A stretch of 46,716 bases of DNA, taken from contig SLRC01000002.1 of assembly GCA_007131175.1 (NCBI GenBank), forward strand, positions 1 to 46,716. The letters are read 5' to 3'. This DNA is from Syntrophomonadaceae bacterium (GTDB taxonomy: Bacteria > Bacillota > Dethiobacteria > DTU022 > UBA8154). Position numbers and translations under genes: made by a program. The notes under the pieces were generated by a model, which was not told the DNA's origin, searched no databases, and saw only the letters and a program-made list of their open reading frames with translations. Shown here one piece after another: positions 41,086-46,716 of this stretch. Positions within the stretch are counted from its first letter, which is position 1; each line of letters starts with the position of its first letter.

Positions 41086-41790
41086 ATGGTTTTTAATATT
41101 ATTTACCGCACTTTTATTATATATTTGGCCGTCCTTTTGGTCATGCGCCTTATGGGTAAACGGGAAGTGGGGCAGCTATCAACGTTTGACCTGGTGGTGG
41201 CGATTATGATTGCTGAAGTTGCCGTTTTTTCCCTGGAAGACCTGAGTGTCCCCTTATATATAGGCCTTATTCCTGTTTTTATTCTTGTTGGAATGGAGAT
41301 ACTTATTTCGTACCTTTGCTTACACAGCCGGTTCATCAGGGGTATTATCGAAGGGAGTCCCAGCGTGCTCATTGCAGGTGGGAAAATAATGGAACGGGAA
41401 ATGCGTCGCCAGCGTTACAACATGAATGACCTGCTGGGACAGCTCCGTGAGCAAAATGTCTTTAATATTGCCGATGTAGAATATGCTATCCTGGAAACAA
41501 CGGGAGCACTCAGTGTTATTACCAAAACATCAAAACGTGCGGTTAACCCGGGGGATCTGGGACTGACTCCCCCGGCGGAAACGATTCCCACCCCCATTAT
41601 AATTGATGGGGAACTGATTGAAAAAAACTTACAACTCCAGGGGCTTACCGCTGACTGGTTACAAGAAAAATTACAGCAGTTCAACCTGCAGCCCGGCGAT
41701 ATTTTATATGCCAGTCTGGACAGCAGCGGGAAACTATACATAAGTGAAAAGGAAAAAAAGACACCGGGGAAAACAAGCCCTCAACTGTGA
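41086..41790 (+). CDS. DUF421 (YetF-like) membrane protein
   Basis: RLMGKREVGQLSTFD, EGSPSVLI, AILETTG.LSV. Confidence 0.9.
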   Translation: MVFNIIYRTFIIYLAVLLVMRLMGKREVGQLSTFDLVVAIMIAEVAVFSLEDLSVPLYIGLIPVFILVGMEILISYLCLHSRFIRGIIEGSPSVLIAGGKIMEREMRRQRYNMNDLLGQLREQNVFNIADVEYAILETTGALSVITKTSKRAVNPGDLGLTPPAETIPTPIIIDGELIEKNLQLQGLTADWLQEKLQQFNLQPGDILYASLDSSGKLYISEKEKKTPGKTSPQL

Positions 41791-41961
41791 TAGTAATAAT
41801 CATAAGTTCGTTTTCTATCTGTTATGGCACCTGTTCCGAAGAATGGGATACTTTACATTCAATGTCAGAAAAACTATAATGAGCGAAGATAATCTATTTT
41901 GAAGGGCATCTGGCACACAATATGAATATTTAATATGAATATTTAATGGAGGTGGGGCAGT

Positions 41962-42531
41962 TTGCCTGTCATATGCCGCCCCCTTGAGATGGCCAGAACC
42001 ATGGTAATGAATTGCCTCGCTTCGGGAGACAAAGCCGTGGATGCCACAGCAGGGAACGGGCGGGATACGGTCTTTTTAGCCCGCCTGGTTGGAGCATCGG
42101 GAAAAGTATGGGCCTTCGATATCCAAAAGTGTGCCCTCATTAATACAGCAAGGTTGCTCGAATCGGAAAATCTTAGCAACCAGGTTACATTGGTGGAGAG
42201 TGGACATGAGCATCTTTCCCATCATGTTGAGGACAACCTTGGTGTCGTAATGTTTAATTTAGGCTACCTGCCAGGGGGCGACCACAGTGTTTTCACCAGG
42301 CCGTCCACCACCCTTATTGCCCTCGAAGCTGCATTGAAAAGTTTGCGTCAAGGAGGTATTGTGACGCTTGTTATTTACAGTGGCCATCCCGGAGGAAAGG
42401 AAGAGGAGGTTGCCCTTTTACAATATGCGGCAAGCCTGAATCAGGCAAAGTTTACGGTACTTCATTACCGTATGCTCAACCAGGTAAATAATCCGCCATC
42501 ACTCCTGGCTATTGAGAAACTTGCTCTGTAA
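41962..42531 (+). CDS. SAM-dependent RNA methyltransferase (YtqB/MnmM-like)
   Basis: VDATAGNGRDT, AFDIQ, FNLGYLPGGD, YSGHPGG. Confidence 0.85.
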   Translation: MPVICRPLEMARTMVMNCLASGDKAVDATAGNGRDTVFLARLVGASGKVWAFDIQKCALINTARLLESENLSNQVTLVESGHEHLSHHVEDNLGVVMFNLGYLPGGDHSVFTRPSTTLIALEAALKSLRQGGIVTLVIYSGHPGGKEEEVALLQYAASLNQAKFTVLHYRMLNQVNNPPSLLAIEKLAL

Positions 42532-42592
42532 GTTATCTGCGATGCCGTAATCCAACGTTTAGCATTACAACACATATGGAAGGAGGTTAAAG

Positions 42593-43114
42593 ATGCAAAC
42601 CTATTTTTCCGTTGTTGGATACGGAAGAAGTGGTAAAACAACACTGATCCGTAAACTGGTGAAAGAGCTACGTTCCCGAAGTTATAAGATCGCCGTAGTC
42701 AAACACGATCCTAAAGAACATGGTGTGGTAGACAAGGAAGGGAGCGACACAGCTCTTTTCTGGGAAGCGGGGAGCGAAGCGGTAATCCTTGCCTCACCCT
42801 CTCGCTTCACTCTGTTTAAAAGAACAGAAGAGGACCTGCAGCTTGAAAAAATTCTTTCCCTCTGTGGCGATGTGGATTTTGTCATCCTGGAAGGATATAA
42901 AAATAGGCCATATCCGAGGGTGATCCTATGGTCAGAGCAGGGAGGGCCTGAGCTTCCCGGATCTAACGTTCTTGCCATTGTCTATAAAAAAAAAGACAAA
43001 CAAAAAGTGCTTATGGAAACGGAGGGCAAACAAGCCCCCCTAATTTGCCGCGATGACATAAAAAGGCTGGCAGACCTCTTGGTAACCAGCCTGCTCCGAG
43101 ATTCTGCAGTATGA
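42593..43114 (+). CDS. mobB: Molybdopterin-guanine dinucleotide biosynthesis protein B
   Basis: GYGRSGKTTL, VKHD, DKEGSDT, ILEGYK. Confidence 0.88.
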   Translation: MQTYFSVVGYGRSGKTTLIRKLVKELRSRSYKIAVVKHDPKEHGVVDKEGSDTALFWEAGSEAVILASPSRFTLFKRTEEDLQLEKILSLCGDVDFVILEGYKNRPYPRVILWSEQGGPELPGSNVLAIVYKKKDKQKVLMETEGKQAPLICRDDIKRLADLLVTSLLRDSAV

Positions 43115-43127
43115 TATGGCCTCTACT

Positions 43128-43155
43128 TTGTGAAAATGGATAAATATGATATAAT
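43128..43155 (+). promoter_or_regulatory. Extended -10 SigA promoter of the second gatCAB
   Basis: TGaTATAAT (43147-43155) with TTGTGA 16 nt upstream of the hexamer. Confidence 0.55.
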
Positions 43156-43211
43156 CTGCCCATGGCAAAACGCTGATAACCAATTAAAAATGCTGTAAAT
43201 TCGGGAAGGAT

Positions 43212-43508
43212 GTGATCAAGCTGGAAAGCATTAAAGAAGACATTAAAAAGGCTGCCTTGGATGCCCGTATAAACCTGGCGCCTGTAGAAGAAACCTCACT
43301 GGAAAATCAACTGAAAGACCTCCTTAAGCAGGCTGCATTTCTCAGGGAACAGGAACTGGATATGGTCGAACCAACATTTTTCCCCCACAATCAGCAAAAC
43401 ACCCTGCGGGAAGACAATGTTTTACCTTCCATGCCCCTGGATAATGCGCTGGAAAATGCTCCTGAAGCTGATGACACTTTTTTCCTTGTTCCTAAAATCG
43501 TTGAATAA
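43212..43508 (+). CDS. gatC: GatC paralogue (copy 2, divergent)
   Basis: ARINL, VEPT, NTLRED, ALENAPE, FFLVPKIVE. Confidence 0.85.
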   Translation: MIKLESIKEDIKKAALDARINLAPVEETSLENQLKDLLKQAAFLREQELDMVEPTFFPHNQQNTLREDNVLPSMPLDNALENAPEADDTFFLVPKIVE

Positions 43509-43534
43509 ACAGTCACCAAAAAGGAGGTCTGGCT

Positions 43535-44824
43535 TTGGATATAAATAAAATGAAATCGTTAAATGCATTTATCTCCTTTAATCCAGCTGTAACAAGCGGC
43601 AAGCAGATAGGGCAGGCATCTGTTAAAACAGCAGCATTAGACGGGACTTCTTTTGCCCTTGCCGACAATATCTGCACTACCACATTGAAAACCACCTGTG
43701 CTTCCCGCACACTCGAAGCTTACCAACCCGCCTTCGGCAGCATTGCCGGTCAAAAGCTGGAGGACAAAGGAGCACTGCTGGTGGGCAAAACAAATATGGA
43801 CGAGTTTGGCATGGGTACGTGGGGGCAGAGCTCATACTTCGGAGCTGTAAAAAACCCTTGGAATGAAAAGCACACAGCCGGCAGCGGTGCGGCTGCAGCT
43901 GTGGCCTGTGGTGCGGTTACCCTGGCCCTGGCCGCGGATCGTCTAGGCGAAGTGAGACAGGCTGCCGCTTATTGCGGCGTGATCGGTCTCAAACCAACTT
44001 ATGGGCGGGTGTCCCGCAGCGGTCTTATCGACTGTGCTCCTTCCCTGGAGCAGCTGGGTATTATTGCCAAAGACAGCGCGAGCCTTGCTGCCGCACTTGA
44101 AACAATCAGTGGCCACGACCCTAAGGATACCACATCCTTTAAAACTGAAGTCCCCCCATACGTCAATCTTTCACAGGAAAAGCTTAACAGTGTCAAGGTG
44201 GCCGTCCCTGAAGAATGGAAGGCTTTTGCAGATGTGGCAGGGCTCAATAAAACAATCTTCCAGGTGAAAACAGTTTCCCTGCAATTCTTTAAGCATGCCC
44301 TCGTTACAGCTTATATTATCGCCGCCGTAGAGGCATTTTCCAGCATGTCCAACTTTGACGGCGTTCGTTTTGGCCTCAGGGGGGAAGGGAAACATCTTCA
44401 GGAGATGTACAGGCTCACACGCACAAAAGGTTTCAGCAGTCTCGTTAAAGAGTTTCTCACTTTTGGTGCCCTCATTTCCTACGGAAAATATTACAAAGAT
44501 TATTTTCTCAGGGCGCAAAAAATGCGTTCCATAATTAAAAAAGAACTGGAGGACTGCCTGCAACAATATGACCTGCTGCTGGTCCCCGCCGTGCCCTTCA
44601 ATGCACCGTCCTTGGAGAACGGCGTGACGGGGAGCAAACTGCCCGATAACGCCGCTTATTATTCAGCAGCAGCAAACCTTTCCGGTTTGCCTGCGATTAC
44701 CTGTCCCTTACCGGGATACGGCGCAGCAGAAGGCTTACCTGCTGCAGGATTGCAGCTCATGGCCAAAGCCTGGAACGAAACACTGCTCCTGCAGACAGTC
44801 CGCTTCCTTGAAAAGGAACAATAA
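43535..44824 (+). CDS. GatA paralogue lacking amidase catalytic residues (pseudo-amidase)
   Basis: GatA scaffold is retained (GKTNMDEFGMG, CGVIGLKPTYGRVSR, FDGVRFG, ANLSGLPAI), but the catalytic motifs read ALADNI, TAGSGAAAAV and AADRLGEVRQ. Uninterrupted 429-codon ORF with AAGGAGG RBS. Confidence 0.85.
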   Translation: MDINKMKSLNAFISFNPAVTSGKQIGQASVKTAALDGTSFALADNICTTTLKTTCASRTLEAYQPAFGSIAGQKLEDKGALLVGKTNMDEFGMGTWGQSSYFGAVKNPWNEKHTAGSGAAAAVACGAVTLALAADRLGEVRQAAAYCGVIGLKPTYGRVSRSGLIDCAPSLEQLGIIAKDSASLAAALETISGHDPKDTTSFKTEVPPYVNLSQEKLNSVKVAVPEEWKAFADVAGLNKTIFQVKTVSLQFFKHALVTAYIIAAVEAFSSMSNFDGVRFGLRGEGKHLQEMYRLTRTKGFSSLVKEFLTFGALISYGKYYKDYFLRAQKMRSIIKKELEDCLQQYDLLLVPAVPFNAPSLENGVTGSKLPDNAAYYSAAANLSGLPAITCPLPGYGAAEGLPAAGLQLMAKAWNETLLLQTVRFLEKEQ

Positions 44825-44912
44825 TTGGCTAAGCCATGGGAGTCGGTTGTAGCAGCCCCTTTAAAGATTCCCAAACTCACCAGCAACGCAGTTGCAATAG
44901 GAGGGATAATAT

Positions 44913-46358
44913 TTGCCCGAGTTTGAAACAGTCATTGGCCTGGAAGTCCATGTTGAACTTTTAACAGATACAAAACTTTTCTGTGGTTGCAGCACCGCCT
45001 TCGGCGCTGAACCCAACACCCAGGTTTGCCCCGTATGTTTGGGCCAGCCTGGCGGAACCCTGCCCCTGCTCAATAAAAGGGCTGCAGAGTATACAATCAA
45101 AGCCGCACTCGGTCTGAACTGCAATATCGTTCCAATAATTTCTTTTGACCGTAAAAATTACTTTTACGCAGACTTGCCAAAGGGATTTCAAATCTCCCAG
45201 TACTTTTACCCTATGGGTAAGGAAGGCTTTCTCAATATCCGCCTCAACGGCGAAACCAAAAAAATTGGTATACACCAGCTCCACCTGGAAGAAGATACGG
45301 GCAAGCTTTCACATATTGGAGACATCATTTCCTCACCTTATAGCCGCGTCGACTTTAACCGGGCAGGGGTGCCCCTGATGGAGATCGTGTCAGAGCCCGA
45401 CTTGCGCTCGGCAGAGGAGGCAAGGCTTTACCTGCAAAAACTCCGTTCCATCATTTGCTACCTGGGTATCTCCGACTGCAAAATGGAGGAAGGCTCCATG
45501 CGCTGCGACGCCAATATCAGTATTAGGCCTGTGGGCAGTACCAAACTGGAAAACAAAACAGAACTGAAAAACATGAACTCGTTCCGTTCCGTATACCGGG
45601 GCATCGAATACGAAGCGGAAAGGCAGCGTACAATTGTTCTATCCGGAGATACCGTTATCCCCGAAACAAGACACTGGGACGAAGCCAAAGGCATTACCAG
45701 GGCCATGCGCAGCAAGTTTGTCTCCGCAGACTACCGCTGCTTCCCCGACCCTAACATCCCACCTTACCCTACAAAAAACACATGGGTAAACGAGATAAAA
45801 GAAACAATCCCCGAGTTGCCAGATGCCCGTTTCAATCGCTTCGTGGAAACATATGGCTTGCCGCCCTATGATGCTGAAGTGCTTACTGCATCCAAAGAGC
45901 TTGCTGATTTCTATGACGGCGTGATTGGCTACTGTCATGAGCCCAAAATGGCCAGTAACTGGATCATGAGCGAGCTCATGGGACTGCTCAATTCCTCTGG
46001 TATTGAGATCACAGCATCTAAAATAACACCTCAGAGTTTGGGCAAGCTGCTTGAGTTCATCAGCAAAGGGGAAATCAGCGGCAAGATGGCCAAAGCGGTG
46101 TTCGAAGAAATGTTTAACACGGGTGAGGATCCGGCTCGCATTGTTGAGAAAAAGGGCCTATCCCAGATATCAGATGCAGATACACTGCATCAAATTGTGA
46201 GCAAGGTGCTGGCAGAAAACCCGAAATCTGTGGAAGATTTTCATGGTGGTAAGAAAAAGGCACTTGGCTTCCTGGTGGGACAGATCATGAAAGAAACCAA
46301 AGGGCAGGCTAATCCCCAACTGGTAAACGAACTGCTTACAGAAAAACTCAAAGCTTAG
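44913..46358 (+). CDS. gatB: GatB paralogue (copy 2)
   Basis: IGLEVHVEL, CGC/CPVC Zn site, HLEEDTGK, NRAGVPLMEIV, MEEGSMRCDANIS, YqeY tail. Confidence 0.95.
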   Translation: MPEFETVIGLEVHVELLTDTKLFCGCSTAFGAEPNTQVCPVCLGQPGGTLPLLNKRAAEYTIKAALGLNCNIVPIISFDRKNYFYADLPKGFQISQYFYPMGKEGFLNIRLNGETKKIGIHQLHLEEDTGKLSHIGDIISSPYSRVDFNRAGVPLMEIVSEPDLRSAEEARLYLQKLRSIICYLGISDCKMEEGSMRCDANISIRPVGSTKLENKTELKNMNSFRSVYRGIEYEAERQRTIVLSGDTVIPETRHWDEAKGITRAMRSKFVSADYRCFPDPNIPPYPTKNTWVNEIKETIPELPDARFNRFVETYGLPPYDAEVLTASKELADFYDGVIGYCHEPKMASNWIMSELMGLLNSSGIEITASKITPQSLGKLLEFISKGEISGKMAKAVFEEMFNTGEDPARIVEKKGLSQISDADTLHQIVSKVLAENPKSVEDFHGGKKKALGFLVGQIMKETKGQANPQLVNELLTEKLKA

Positions 46359-46368
46359 GGACCCCTGT

Positions 46369-46386
46369 AGCTAACCGTGGTTAGCT
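46369..46386. other. Palindrome downstream of gatB copy 2
   Basis: AGCTAACC-GT-GGTTAGCT; no U-tract, so not a clear intrinsic terminator. Confidence 0.4.
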
Positions 46387-46431
46387 CTGCGTAAACAGAT
46401 AAAAAACATACAATCTCTTTAGCCTGAGCGG

Positions 46432-46460
46432 TTGACTTTTACAGGTTTCTTGTGTATACT
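46432..46460 (+). promoter_or_regulatory. SigA promoter of the tRNA cluster
   Basis: TTGACT-N17-TATACT, with TGTG just upstream of the -10. Confidence 0.8.
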
Positions 46461-46475
46461 AAGTCTTACAAATGC

Positions 46476-46553
46476 GGAGCCGTGGTGTAGTCAGGTTAAC
46501 ATGCCGGCCTGTCAAGCCGGAGATCGCGGGTTCAACTCCCGTCGGCTCCGCCA
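46476..46553 (+). tRNA. tRNA-Asp(GTC)
   Basis: Acceptor GGAGCCG/CGGCTCC, anticodon arm CCGGC-CT-GTC-AA-GCCGG, TTCAA loop, G73, encoded CCA. Confidence 0.97.
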
Positions 46554-46559
46554 TATTAT

Positions 46560-46635
<76 letters not shown>

Positions 46636-46641
46636 ACACTT

Positions 46642-46716
46642 GCGGAAGTAGCTCAGCGGTAGAGCATCGCCTTGCCAAGGCGAGGGTCGCGGGTTCAATT
46701 CCCGTCTTCCGCTCCA
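46642..46716 (+). tRNA. tRNA-Gly(GCC)
   Basis: Acceptor GCGGAAG/CTTCCGC, anticodon arm TCGCC-TT-GCC-AA-GGCGA, U73, encoded CCA. Confidence 0.97.

Overview
Chromosomal window from an anaerobic, probably spore-forming Bacillota (Clostridia-like) bacterium; almost all genes are on the + strand. From 5' to 3': (1) the tail of an accessory operon (1-5368). It has a UroD/MtaA-like corrinoid methyltransferase whose conserved PG-C-DMP cysteine is an in-frame UGA followed by a SECIS-like hairpin (probable selenoprotein), then a CxxC thioredoxin, lipoyl synthase, a LipM-like ligase, dihydrolipoamide dehydrogenase, a divergent GcvH-like lipoyl carrier and a Cys-rich MIP channel. (2) DUF6951-like, QueG-like, TPR-like, PRC-barrel and FapA genes. 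(3) A Mo/W-cofactor cluster led by a 55-aa CQLGCF protein missing from the ORF track. (4) CIRCE-groESL. (5) guaA-purKEBFMNHD, lacking purC and purSQL. (6) ligA, a ComFB-family gene and a canonical gatCAB. (7) A ~160-nt structured intergenic element, then nth, a LonC-like protease, trmL and small housekeeping genes. (8) A second, divergent gatCAB whose GatA has lost its amidase catalytic residues. (9) tRNA-Asp, -Phe and -Gly. The strongest candidates for undescribed biology are the Sec-methyltransferase/thioredoxin/lipoyl/MIP operon and the glutaminase-dead gatCAB paralogue. All family calls come from motif recognition by eye; no database searches were run.
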